This document shows positions 51,037 through 61,616 of a stretch of DNA of 64,000 nucleotides, in pieces. The notes below the pieces were generated by a model. That model ran no database searches, had not been told where the DNA came from, and saw nothing but the letters and a program-made list of their open reading frames with translations. The stretch is from Candidatus Poribacteria bacterium (lineage in GTDB: Bacteria > Poribacteria > WGA-4E > GCA-2687025), in NCBI GenBank assembly GCA_026004875.1, contig BPJZ01000008.1:49253-113252 (forward strand), in the 5' to 3' direction. Position numbers and translations under genes: made by a program. How positions within the stretch are numbered: the stretch's first letter is position 1; every line of letters starts with the position of its first letter.

Positions 51037-54000
51037 ATGAGTCTGATCGCCGGATCGTTGATCGGCTGGCTAATAGCGGGGGTCGAGCGACCGACGCTCG
51101 GCGGTGGGGGCTTCGATCTTCGACTGCGTTGCCCAGTTCGCTGAGGCCACCGTTCAGGGGGGCCTGGAGACCACCGCGTCGGATCGGCAGGTCAGCGGGG
51201 GTGTCGCGCTGCCGGGGATTTTCCACCACCCTCAAGGAGAGGACTGGGCTCGACTGAGCTACGAAGTGGAGCTGTCCCCCCTGAGCGAGGGGGAGCGGGT
51301 CGTGCTTCTGTTTGCCGTAGGGATTCGGGACGGGGCCCGACTGGACGATCCGGCGGCGCCGTTTGATGGGGTCACCTGTGCCGTGGAGGTCAACGGCAGG
51401 CGTCTCTTGGAAGCCGCCGTTCACGGGCCGGGTTGGCGATGGTATAGCCTAGACTTGAGTCGGTTTGGCGGTCGGAAGGTCGTCCTCACCTTTGCGGTTC
51501 ATGGCAACGATAACACGAACTACGACTGGTTTTTTGTGGGGGCAGCCTCGCCTTTATCGGTTGACCCCGATCGCCGAGGAGGAGCTGCCTGAGCGGTTTC
51601 GGGTGGGTCTGCTGTGGTGGCGGGACGTTTTTGAACGGCTTCACGTTCGACGGTTTTCGTTTGAAGAACCGCTGTCCCGGAGCGACGCTGTGGCTCGTCT
51701 GTTGCGCGACCTGTTTGAGACGCCCCCCGGTGGAGTGGGGTCTTTACACTTTTTTTGCCGAAGCTTCGCGTTCGTCGGCTGGGGGCCGGGCAGCACGTGT
51801 TGTTTATGGGCAAGGATTTTGAGGTGCGGTGTGCTGTGGAGAACGTCGGCGAGGCGCCCTTAGAGGAGGATCACGGCGTTGTGATCAGCGTCAGCGGGGC
51901 GTCTCTCCGCCCGGGGCCCGCGCAGACCGGCGGCTCTTTCAGCTTGGGGTCGGCGAGCAGACGGAGCTCTCCTGGGAGGATGCGCGGGACGCGACAGCCG
52001 GAGATGACCGTTGGGGTCGAGTTTAAGCAAGGGAGCCCGTTGCTCTTTGAGGAGCGGGAGGCTTCTGTTTCTCTCCGGTTCCATCGCTCGATTCCCCCCC
52101 TTCCGGCCCGTACCACTAAGGAGGTACGGAGCGTCGTTCAGGCGGGAGTACGGCCCCTTTTGGAAAACGCCCATCTGCGGATGACCTTTGTGCGGGAGGA
52201 AGATCGCTTCTCTTACATGATCCTTTCGGCCCAAAAAGGGGGCGGCCTCCAGCAGATGGCGACGATGGAACCGTTTTCGCGGGTTGTCTATCGGGATGGA
52301 AGCCGGGTCGGCGCGGGCTCTGGAGCTGTCCTGTCAAGAGGTGCTGATGCGCGGCTCCAGCGAGGGGGAGGCGACGCTTCACTTCACGAGCCTGCATCGG
52401 GACGAGGAGGGGATTGAATGGCGCTTTGAGGCGGTCCTTTCACGTTGGTGGAGGGATTCGCATCGGGTGCTCGTGGGAGTACCCGGCTTCGGTCCGACGC
52501 TCCCCGCGAGTTGCTCCATTTTGCTGGCCCGATGCTCCGCGTTGGCGATGGGGCGTTTGGTGAGAAGAAGGAGTTTGCTCTCCTGCCCGGTCTGGAGATG
52601 CTGGAACGAGACGAGGTCTCCTCGAGTACCCGCGACGCGGCGCCGCCGCTGCATCTACGGTTGGCCCCCCATCCCTACAAGCTCACCCTCCCCCTGATGG
52701 CCGTTCAGCAGGGAGGCGTCACCGTTGGGCTGTTGTGGGATCCGTTGCAGATGTGGGGGCGGGAAGGATCCGTCGGCCTTTCGCCGCTTTTTGCGTCGCC
52801 CAACTGGTACGAGAACGAGGCGAACCACCTGTTGGGCGTTTTCCTTCCACGGGTTCCTGAGCACGTTCCTGAGAACGAGCTGCTTGCTCAGCGTCCGGCT
52901 TTGGTGGACCGATCCGGAGTTTCGCTCCGCGCGGAGATCTTCTGTGATCCTCGCGGGACGATCTTCGACGTACCGGCGATCTATGCTGAAGCCTTCGGGT
53001 TTCCCAAGCCGATGGAACCGCCTCGCTCCGACGAGGAGGAGCTGTTCCTCTCCCGTCATGGCTTCATGGTCACCACCTGGGATCCGGAAACCCAGAAATC
53101 TCGCCATTGCGTCGGTTGGGAGCCGAGGAACTCCCCGGGCTTTGCGACGTTGCTGTGGTACGATTTCTTGGCAACCGGCGACCCGGCGGTTCGGGAGCGG
53201 GTGGAGCTGATTGCTCGCCGGACGATTGAGGAGGAGGGACCGGAGGGGCTTGCCTCTCCGGCCAACTGCCACATTCTCCGCTGGGAGTTCCCTTTCTACT
53301 ACGGCCACGTCCGGGAAGGGCTGCGAGGGGCCCGACGACAGATCGAGCCGATCTTGCGTTCCCAGACCCCAGAGGGGGGATGGGGATTTCAGCCGTCCAA
53401 CGAACGCCAACGAACGCTTGGAAAGCCCGGCGATGTTGTTTTGGGCACCTGTGCGCATCGGGCGCTGCTGCTTTTAAAATACGCTCGCATCGCTGGCGAC
53501 CAAGATGCGCTCAGAGCCGGGCTGCGAGCCTTGGAGTTCATGAAGCGCTTCTCGATCCCGCGCGGCGCGCAGGCGTGGGAGTGCCCCCCTCTACGAGCCC
53601 GATCTGCTCGCTGCTGCCTGGGCCGTCGGAGCTTACATTGAGGGGTACCTGCTCACCAGTGAGCCGTCGTTTCTTGAGCGCGCGAAGTACTGGGCAAAGG
53701 CCGGCCTAGCCTTTCTTTACTTCTGGAACCTTCCGGGAGCGCCCCGCCCAACGGTTCGCCTCCATCCCGGTCTTTGGAACGACTTTCTTACACCCACCCT
53801 TGGTTTGGGGTGCCCGTTCAGTGGAACGGACTGGTGTACGCCTACTACGTCCAGCGTCTAGCGCGGTGGGATGACGAATACCCCTGGGAGCGGATCGCCG
53901 AGGGAATTCTGGTCAGCGCGATGTATCCAGCAGTGGACCGAGGGCGAGCTCAAAGGGACCTATCCCGACGGCCCTTTATGAGTTCTTCGCTCAGGGACGC

Positions 54001-54480
54001 GGGCCTCATCTCAACCCCGAAGACATCATGGTTAACCTCTTGGCCCTGCGCGGCCACGACCCCAGACATCCGCACGGTGCTGGTGGAGCGACCCTCCGAG
54101 GAAACGCCGATTCACCTAAGCAGCGGAGCTCAGATCACTCAGGCCTCCCTGGAAGAGGAAGGTCTTCGGTGCGAGGTGGTCGGCTTTCCCTCCCACTGGA
54201 CCTTCCCTCTACGGCGTGCACCTACCGCAGGTGGTCGCCGTCCTCGCGGATGAGGAACCGTTGCCCCGCCTGGATTCCCGTGATGAAGGGCCCTGGACAG
54301 CCCTCAGGCCGGATGGGATTACGATCCGGGAACGAACCAGCCTGTTAGTTGCGTTTTCTTCAATCGGCAACTCCGGTGAACCTTTTTGTGCGCTTTGGAG
54401 GGCCTTCAGAGGCGCCCTGGGACGAGGAGCCGTCCGACGATCTTCCGGTCGGTCCCGTCGAGTCTGGCGCGGAGGAGTGA
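51037..54480 (+). pseudogene. Large (about 1150 aa) hypothetical protein gene fragmented by roughly 18 frameshifts
   Basis: ATG at 51037 after GGAGAGGAG. Protein-like sequence can be followed only by switching frames repeatedly (segments from ORFs 51104, 51465, 51755, 51829, 52284, 52445, 53774, 54028, 54216 and unlisted frames). Ends ...VNLFVRFGGPSEAPWDEE...AEE, TGA at 54478-54480. Confidence 0.6.
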
Positions 54481-54542
54481 GATCACAACGCGAGTGAAAC
54501 CTGTCAACGCTCAGCCAGTTTGAAGCTTAAGGGATCGCTGTA

Positions 54543-56103
54543 GTGGGAGAGTGTCTATGCGGGGAGCCTGCTACGTCTGGGTTGGATGGTCTTTTGCTCT
54601 GGAGCCTGATTCCTGGCCGGCCGCTCTGGGGGCAGGCCCTCTTTCAGGTTCCGGACCGCCAAACCCTCCAGGTGGTTCAGGAGCCGACGGAGTACCAGAT
54701 CGGCCCCTTTGCGGGTTTTGACTTGACCATCCCAGCGGGAACGGAGTTCGAATTTGTCTTCGACGTGGGCCACCGCGGCACTGTGACGGTGGGGAACCAG
54801 AGTTACTCGTTCCAGGGGACAGGAGGGGCGGTCTCCACCCAGTTCGAATCTTTTTCTCCAAGGCGGGAGAACTCATCAGATCGTTGAGGATTATACGCTG
54901 GAGGCGATCCTGGACTCAGAGTTCCTGGAGGGGAAGTTCGTCATCGAACGTCGCGTGACCTGGACGGTCGACGTGCCACACACTGGGCGGTATCGCTTGT
55001 TCTTGGCCGGCACCGTTCAGGGGTTTCATCTGGACGTTGCGGGCGACATCGCCGGCCAACTTGATCTACGGGTCATCGGGAGCTCTGTTCGTCTTCCCGT
55101 AGAGACGACGCGGGCGCTGCCGCCGGGCTCGATCGTCCAGTATACTGCCGCTTTTGAGGGGACCTTTGAACGATTGGCAACGCTTCGCCTGGAGGAGCGG
55201 ACCTCGCCGCCCTGGGACCTCAATCGTGACGGAACGGTGAACATTGTGGACCTAGTGCTGGTCGCGCGGAACTTTGGCCAGGGCGGTCAGGGCCTGGTCG
55301 CCGATCTGAACGGCGACGGGCTGGTGAACATTGTCGATATCGTCCTGGTTGCCCGGCACTTTGGAGAGGCCTGGCCGTTGGTCGCGCCGGCTTGGGCAGT
55401 GGCTCGTCCCCTCACAGTAGAGGCGATCCTCGCGGCTCAGCCGGACGGAACCGTCGTGTTGACGCTTCGCCCCCCGGAAGGGGTCCCGGTCGCCGGCGTA
55501 GATGTCCTCTTAGAGTACGATCCTGGGCGATGGGAGCTGTTGGAGGCCCGGCCAGGGGAGCGCATCGCGCGGCCGTACGTGGTTCCGTTTTCCACGCCGC
55601 TTGGCGTCGTTCGGTTGGTTGGGGTGTCCCTCCCTGGCGCCGAGAGGCAGAGCGGATCGCTGGCCGTCTTTCGGTTCCGACCAAGAGAAGGAGAGTGGTC
55701 GTCGGAGTCGCTGTGCTTTCGTTCGATCGAATGGGCCAGCCTCTCCGGAGAGTCCTGGAGCGGCTTGGTTCGCTGGAAGAAGGTCCTTGGACCTTTGGGG
55801 GACCCTCCAGCCCGAACGGAGCTGCTGCCCAGCTATCCCAATCCGTTCAATCCGGAGACCTGGATTCCCTTCCGGCTCTCCCATCCGGCGGAGGTGCGCG
55901 TTGAGATCTACTCCCAGGGCGGGGAGCTGGTTCGAAGCTTCTCCTTGGGCGCCCTCCCCCCAGGCCGGTATGAGCGGCCCGGAGAGGCTCTCCATTGGGA
56001 CGGGACCAACCGCTTTGGCGAGCCGGTGCCCAGCGGGCTCTACTGGGTTCGCTTCCAGGCTGGCGAAACGGTCCAGGTGCGCCGGCTGGTTCTTGTGAAA
56101 TGA
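54543..56103 (+). CDS. Secreted protein with dockerin-type repeats, a cohesin-like domain and a FlgD-Ig/T9SS-type-A-like C-terminal domain, one frameshift
   Basis: DLNRDGTVNIVDLVLVARNFG and DLNGDGLVNIVDIVLVARHFG (a dockerin EF-hand pair). VDVLLEYDPGRWELL is cohesin-like. LLPSYPNPFNPETWIPFRL...SGLYWVRFQAGE is the C-terminal domain. The frame breaks at a T5 run (54851-54855). Confidence 0.75.
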
Positions 56104-56145
56104 TGACACGCCGGCCGAGTTGCGTTAAACTCTCGTCACCGTGAC

Positions 56146-57192
56146 TTGGGGCCGGTTGGGGGCAGTGACGGAGGGAAAAGAGTGGAAGAAGAACGTCCCG
56201 ACGCGACCAGGGAAGAACCGAGTGAGAAGTCGGTCGGAGAGGTGGCCGAGCCCGCGCGTGGCGCTCGGTGGACCCTTCCCGACTGGCTGCCGCCGGAGCG
56301 TGCCCGCTTGGTCGGCGTGATCGTTGGCGTTGTGGGCTTTGTCTTGGTGCTGTTGGGGCTCTGGAAGCTCCTCTTTACCGAACCGGAGTTACCCTTAGAG
56401 CCGGCTTCTCCTCCAGCGAGTCAGCAGACCTCCCCTGCTGAGGAAGCCTCCTCTCCGCCCACCGACCTTCCCCCTCCCCCTCAGGAGGAAGCGGAGGTAC
56501 AGCCTTCCACGACTGCGATGGAACCAGCAGCGCCCGAATCAAGCGCCGTTCAGCTTCAGGAACCGGTGACTCCAGAGCCCGCTCCTTTACCGGCGCCTTC
56601 TCAGGCGCCAGAACGCATGGAGGCGCCGCGTCCCAGCCCGGCGCAGGCGGCCCCCCGCCGCACCCTTCCTCCAAACGAGGAGATCGTCGTCCTCAAACCG
56701 GTCGAGCCTTTGGAAAGGCCCCTTTCCGCCTATGAACAGTTGATGCTTTCTCGGAGGCTCTGGGGAATCGGCCCAGAGGAGACGGCCAAGACGGATCTTT
56801 CCGGAGAAACCCCGGTTTCGGGGCCGTTAAGCGCTGGCGATCCGGCGGTGGCGTTAGCCTTCTCCAGTGCCGATTTCGACTTTGTGAAGCTCTTCGTTGA
56901 AGAGGTGGCTCAAGTCCCCGCCCAGCTGGGCGCGGACCGCTGGGAACAGATACGTCGCTCCCCCTACTACCGACGCGTTCTGAACGGGGTTTACGAATAC
57001 ATCCTGACGCCGGAGGACAAGGCACGACTGCTTTCGGCCTACGCTGCTGCGAGCGGGTTCCCCGCTTCTACGCCCTCCTATCTCCGGAGCCTGCCCTTGG
57101 GAAAGTTCGCCCTCCAAGACGTTCGTCGTGAAGTCTGGCAAACCCGGCGGCGACAGATTGAACAGTTTATCGCTCTAACGCTGGAAGAGTGA
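56146..57192 (+). CDS. Hypothetical single-pass membrane protein with a Pro-rich linker
   Basis: TM helix LVGVIVGVVGFVLVLLGLW, a P/E/A-rich spacer of about 120 aa, then a globular C-terminal region. No motif recognised. Confidence 0.5.
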   Translation: MGPVGGSDGGKRVEEERPDATREEPSEKSVGEVAEPARGARWTLPDWLPPERARLVGVIVGVVGFVLVLLGLWKLLFTEPELPLEPASPPASQQTSPAEEASSPPTDLPPPPQEEAEVQPSTTAMEPAAPESSAVQLQEPVTPEPAPLPAPSQAPERMEAPRPSPAQAAPRRTLPPNEEIVVLKPVEPLERPLSAYEQLMLSRRLWGIGPEETAKTDLSGETPVSGPLSAGDPAVALAFSSADFDFVKLFVEEVAQVPAQLGADRWEQIRRSPYYRRVLNGVYEYILTPEDKARLLSAYAAASGFPASTPSYLRSLPLGKFALQDVRREVWQTRRRQIEQFIALTLEE

Positions 57193-57225
57193 CCATCGTC
57201 TACATTCAGGAGGGAAGCCGACGCG

Positions 57226-58259
57226 ATGAAGACGGTGCGGATCGGAATCATCGGTGCTGGGGCCAACACCCGCAACCGACATATCCCGGAGCTGTTAGCC
57301 ATCCCGGACGTAAAGATCGTCGTTGTCTGTAACCGAACGCGGGAGTCTGGCGAACGGGTTGCCGCCCAGTTTGAGATTCCTGAAGTAGAAACGGACTGGC
57401 GAGCCGTCGTCGAGCGGGAGGATTTGGACGCAATCGTTGTTGGAACCTGGCCCTATCTCCATGCGCCGATCACGATTGCAGCTCTGGAGGCTGGAAAGCA
57501 CGTCCTAGTGTGAGGCTCGGATGGCGATGAACCTGGCCGAGGCGCGGGCGATGCTCGCGGCAGCGCGGCGTTCCGGACGGGTGGCACAACTGGTGCCCCT
57601 CGCCAATGATGCTCCGGGCCCATCGCGTGCTTCAAAAACATCTGCTCCACGACCACACAATCGGCACCGTTCGGGAGATTCACGTCCGTTCCCTTTCGCC
57701 CCACTCGATCAACCCGGAGGCTCCGTTGCACTGGCGCCAGCGGCGGGATCTGTCCGGTCTGAACGTTCTGGACTTGGGGATTCTCTACGAGATGCTAGCC
57801 CGGTACCTAGGCCATGCCCGCTCGGTGGCGGCGCAAACTCGCGTTTGGACCTCGCAACGGTTCGATCCGGAGACGGGGCAGATGAGGATCGCCGACGTTC
57901 CGGAGACGGTCCATCTCTTTGCCGAGATGGAGTCGGGAGCGCTGGCCGTCTGGCACCTCAGTTCGGTGGCGGCCTTCTCCGGTTCGCCCCGCGTCGAGAT
58001 TTACGGGAGCGAGGGGACCTTTGTCCTGGACCTGCCCCGTCAGAAGGTCCTGGGCGCTCGGTTGGAAAACGAAGAGCTCGACGAGGTGCCGGTCCCGCCG
58101 GAGTTAGAGTACGGCTGGCGCGTCGAGCGGGACTTCATCGAGGCGATCCGGGAGGGGAAGCCGATCGAGCTGACCACCTTCGAGGAGGGCGTTCGCTATA
58201 TGGCCTTCACGGAAGCGGTTCACGTCTCGGCTCTGACAGGGCGCCGGATCACGATCTAG
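57226..58259 (+). CDS. Gfo/Idh/MocA family oxidoreductase, two frameshifts
   Basis: MKTVRIGIIGAGANTRNRHIPEL Rossmann N-terminus and the EAR(M)AMNLAEA motif. The frame breaks near 57505-57512 and at a C4 run (57596-57599). Confidence 0.8.
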
Positions 58260-59307
58260 GCCAACGCAGGTGCACCGTTCCGGCGGGCGCCTCGGCGACG
58301 CTGCCGACGATCTCGGACTGAGAGTAGCCCGCCGCCCGGAGCGCCGTGAGCATCGCTTCAGCGCGGTCGTGCGCGACGGCAATCAGCAGGCCGCCGGAGG
58401 TCTCCGCCTCTAAGAGCGCCTGGAGCCGCGCTGAGGGAACCTCCGGGTCCACCAGGAGCCCTTCTCCTGCGTAGCGGCGGTTCCGCTCTGGAGCTCGGGT
58501 GCGGACTCGCTTCCGTTGGATCAGCTCCTCAACGTTGGGGAACAACGGCACTCGCTCCACGTCAATGAGAAGGGCGACCTGCGATCCCAAAGCCATTTCG
58601 TAGCTGTGCCCGACGAGACCGTATCCGGTGATGTCTGTGGCCGCGTGGGCACCAAACTGGCGAAGCAGCTCTCCGGCACGGTCGTTGAGCTGGAGCATGG
58701 ACCGGATCGCCGGTTCCAGATCGGCCTCATCGATTTTTCGGTCCCGAGCGGCGGTCGTCAGAACGCCAACACCTAACGGCTTCGTTAGGATGAGCCGGTC
58801 GCCAGGCTGGGCGCCGGAGTTCCGAACGATCGCTTGAGGCGAGACGATCCCGCTGACCGCCGCGCCAAACATCAGCTCCGAAGCCTCCACCGAGTGGCCG
58901 CCGACCAATGCGCATCCGGCCTGGGCCAGCATGTCGGCCCCGCCGCGCAAAACCGCTTCGAGAATCGCCTCGTCTAACTTGGGGTTCCAAAAGAGAATGT
59001 TCATTGCTGTCTTGGGCGTTCCGCCCATGGCGTACACATCGCTGAGGGCGTTGGCGATGGCGATCGCGCCGAAGGTATAAGGATCGTCCACGATCGGCGT
59101 GAAGAAGTCCACCGTGTTGATCAACGCGAGGTCGTCGGTCAGCAGATAGACGCCGGCGTCGTCCGCCGTGTCCATCGCTACCAGCAGGCGCGGATCGGCG
59201 GAAGGGGGAAGATGCGCCAACGCTCGCCCCAGAACCTCCGGGGCCAGTTTAGAAGCTCAACCGGCGCACTGGACGGTCTTGGTCAGCCGGACCTTTTTGG
59301 CAGTCAC
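58249..59307 (-). CDS. selD: Selenide, water dikinase SelD, a selenoprotein with in-frame UGA (Sec) at 59259-59257
   Basis: The ORF track starts at 59220, but the upstream in-frame sequence reads VTAKKVRLTKTVQCAG-TGA-ASKLAPEVLGRAL, the conserved SelD N-terminal motif, with the UGA at the position of the catalytic Cys/Sec. GTG start at 59307 after AAAGGA. Rest of the protein: DDAGVY, DFFTPIVDDPY, GGHS, TDITGYGL. Confidence 0.85.
59226..59245 (-). promoter_or_regulatory. SECIS-like hairpin downstream of the selD UGA
   Basis: mRNA GCCCCGG-AGGUU-CUGGGGC: a 7-bp stem including one G-U pair, with a 5-nt loop containing GU, starting 12 nt after the UGA. Confidence 0.55.
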
Positions 59308-59356
59308 CTTGCCTTGTCCTTTCTTGCCGTCGATTTTATTCGGATCGTTGGCCTGT

Positions 59357-59806
59357 TCACAAGGGCCGCGGGATCCCCGGCCGGAAGACAACCGCGATGA
59401 AGATCAAAAAGAACCCAAGCACCGCCAGCACGCGGAGCACAAGGTACAGGTGCCAATGCCGATCGAAGGCCTGGAGGTCTCCTGCCTCCAAGGCGGCTAG
59501 CAGGCGGCGGGAGCGGAGCGAAGCGACCGCCATCAGAAGCCACAGGACAACCAGCGTCGTCAGCTTGATGTGGACCCACCCCTGCCGCCAAAGTGCCGGT
59601 TGAAGGGCGACCATCAGCAGCCCCAGGATAGGAACGAGGGTTGCTAAGGGCATCTCTGCCCACAACAGCAGCCAGCGGATCGCCCGCGCCCGCTCTAAAG
59701 GGTTTTCTGTCCGCCGGAGGGAGCAGGCTAAGAGGTCGTTGGCCACGTGGACGCCGAACCATCCCGCCGCGGCCATTAGGTGCAACAGGTGAAGATAGAC
59801 GTACAT
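59357..59806 (-). CDS. Four-TM membrane protein of unknown function (DUF2269/CopD-like topology)
   Basis: 149 aa with four hydrophobic helices. Lies directly upstream of selD on the same strand. Confidence 0.55.
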   Translation of the reverse strand: MYVYLHLLHLMAAAGWFGVHVANDLLACSLRRTENPLERARAIRWLLLWAEMPLATLVPILGLLMVALQPALWRQGWVHIKLTTLVVLWLLMAVASLRSRRLLAALEAGDLQAFDRHWHLYLVLRVLAVLGFFLIFIAVVFRPGIPRPL

Positions 59807-59860
59807 GCGCGGACCCTTTCCGGGAGCATTATACCCCTTGGGAGAAGCTCAGGTCCCTCG

Positions 59861-59902
59861 AAGAAAAAGCCGCGGCCCCCTTCCAGGATGAAAGGGAGCC
59901 GC
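59861..59902 (-). terminator. Rho-independent terminator after the CoADR-rhodanese gene, with a TATAAT -10 box just downstream (59833-59828)
   Basis: Minus strand: GCGGCTCCCTT, a 9-nt loop, AAGGGGGCCGC (11 bp with one G-U), then GGCTTTTTCTTC. A perfect TATAAT follows, 22 nt before the ATG at 59806. Confidence 0.7.
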
Positions 59903-59932
59903 CTTTTGGGTGTCCGTGGAGCTACGGCGTGC

Positions 59933-61616
59933 TCAATCGTACGGCCAGGTCACCAGGCCGCCGTCCAGGAACTTTACGTTGGTGAAGCCCAAGGCGTTCA
60001 GAATCTTTTGTGCCTCGTATCCTCGGAGGCTGATCTTGCAGAAGGTAACGATCTCCCGGTCGCGGGGGAGCGTCTGGGCGCGGCGGCGGAGCGCTCCCAA
60101 GGGGATGTGGACCACCTGCGGGTGGGGGAACGGCTGAGCCGCCACCTCCTGAGGGGTGCGCACGTCCAGCAGTAAGACCGGCTCGCCCGCGTCCAGCTTT
60201 GCCTTAAGCTCTGCCGGGGAGATGCCCTGAGCGATCCCGTCTCGCTTGTTGCGGAGCACGTTGGCCGCGTGCTGAATCGGATCGATCGGGAAGGAGTAGG
60301 GCGGCGCGTAGCCCAGGTCTATCGCTGGGAGGTCGTCCACCGTCGCGCGGAAGTGGATCGCCGTGGCGAGGACGTCGGTACGCTTGATCGCGTCGCCCGG
60401 TCCAACGATCTGGCCACCCAGGAGGCGGCCGGTCTCCTGGTCGGCGATCAGCTTCACGACGATCGTCTTAGCGGTCGGCATGTAGTGCAGGTGGTCGGGC
60501 GAGGGGACCAGCGCCGTCCAAGGCGCAAAGCCCTCCTCTCGGGCCTGGCGTTCCGTAAGCCCTGTTCGGCCCACGTGGAACCCCGCCACCTGAAGGACGG
60601 TGGTCCCCAGCGCGCCCTCAAACCGGCTCCGGCCCCCGGTCAGGTTGTCGCCGATGATGCGCCCGTGCCGGTTGGCGAGCGAACCGAGAGGAAGGAAGGC
60701 ACCCCTTTCTAGAATCCGATGGGGCGTTTCGACGCAATCGCCACCGGCAAAGATGTCCGGGTCGCTGGTTTGAAGGTACTCGTTCACTCGGATGCCGCCG
60801 GAGGGGCCCAGCTCAAGGCCGGCTTCGGCGGCCAGTCGGGCGTTTGGCCGAACGCCCACCGAGAAGAGCACCAGGTCGGCGGGGACTCGTTCGCCGGTGG
60901 CCAGCTCGACCGCCTCCACTCTCCCCTTCGCCGAGAATTCGGACGACCTTTGTCTGGAGCCGGAGGTCCACGCCGAGACCCTTCAAGTGCCGCTCCAGGA
61001 GTCGGGCCATCTCGAAGTCCAGAAGGGTAGGGAGCACCTGATCGAGCATCTCAACCAACGTCACGGGGACGCCCCGCGCGTGAAAGGCCTCGACCATCTC
61101 CACCCCGATCGGGCCGGCGCCCACGATCACCGCCTGTCGGATTCGCCCGGCGTCCAGAGCGCTCCGGACCTGAACTGCCTCCTCCGGGCTGCGAAGCGTC
61201 GTCACCCCCTCCAGCTCTCGACCTTCGATCGGCGGACACACCGCTTCGCCGCCGGTGGCCAGCACCAGCTTGTCGTAGGGCAGCTCCTCAACGCTTCCGG
61301 TCGGCAGATGGCGAACGCGAACGCGCTTGCGATCCCGATCGATCGCTTCGGCGAGGGTCTCCGTTCGGACCTGAATGTCCTTGACGTGCTCAAAGTAGGC
61401 CGGGTCGCGGAGCGTCCCGGCAGGCGTCCGCCACAGCTCTTCGACCTCGGGGAACAGCCCTTCGACGTAGTAGGGCAGGCCACAGCCGGAATAGGAGATA
61501 ATCCGCCCCTTCTCCACAATGGTGATCTGAGCCTCGGGATCGCGGCGCCGGGCGCGAGCGGCGGCCTTTGGTCCGGTCGCAACGCCCCCAATGACAAGAA
61601 TCCGTTGCCCGCTCAT
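59933..61616 (-). CDS. CoA-disulfide reductase/NADH oxidase-family flavoprotein fused to a C-terminal rhodanese domain, one frameshift
   Basis: ILVIGGVATGPKAA (FAD-binding), redox Cys in SYSGCGLPYY, a second dinucleotide fold VIVGAGPIGVE, and a rhodanese module with active-site Cys in VTFCKISLRG. The frame breaks near 60912-60920. Confidence 0.8.

Noticed and set aside
38690-57600. Interpreting the frame breaks in cimA, secF, corA and others as programmed frameshifts or additional Sec/readthrough sites
   Set aside because: The breaks are +1/-1 shifts at simple homopolymers, with no slippery heptamer or stimulatory structure. Only selD shows an in-frame TGA at a conserved catalytic position.
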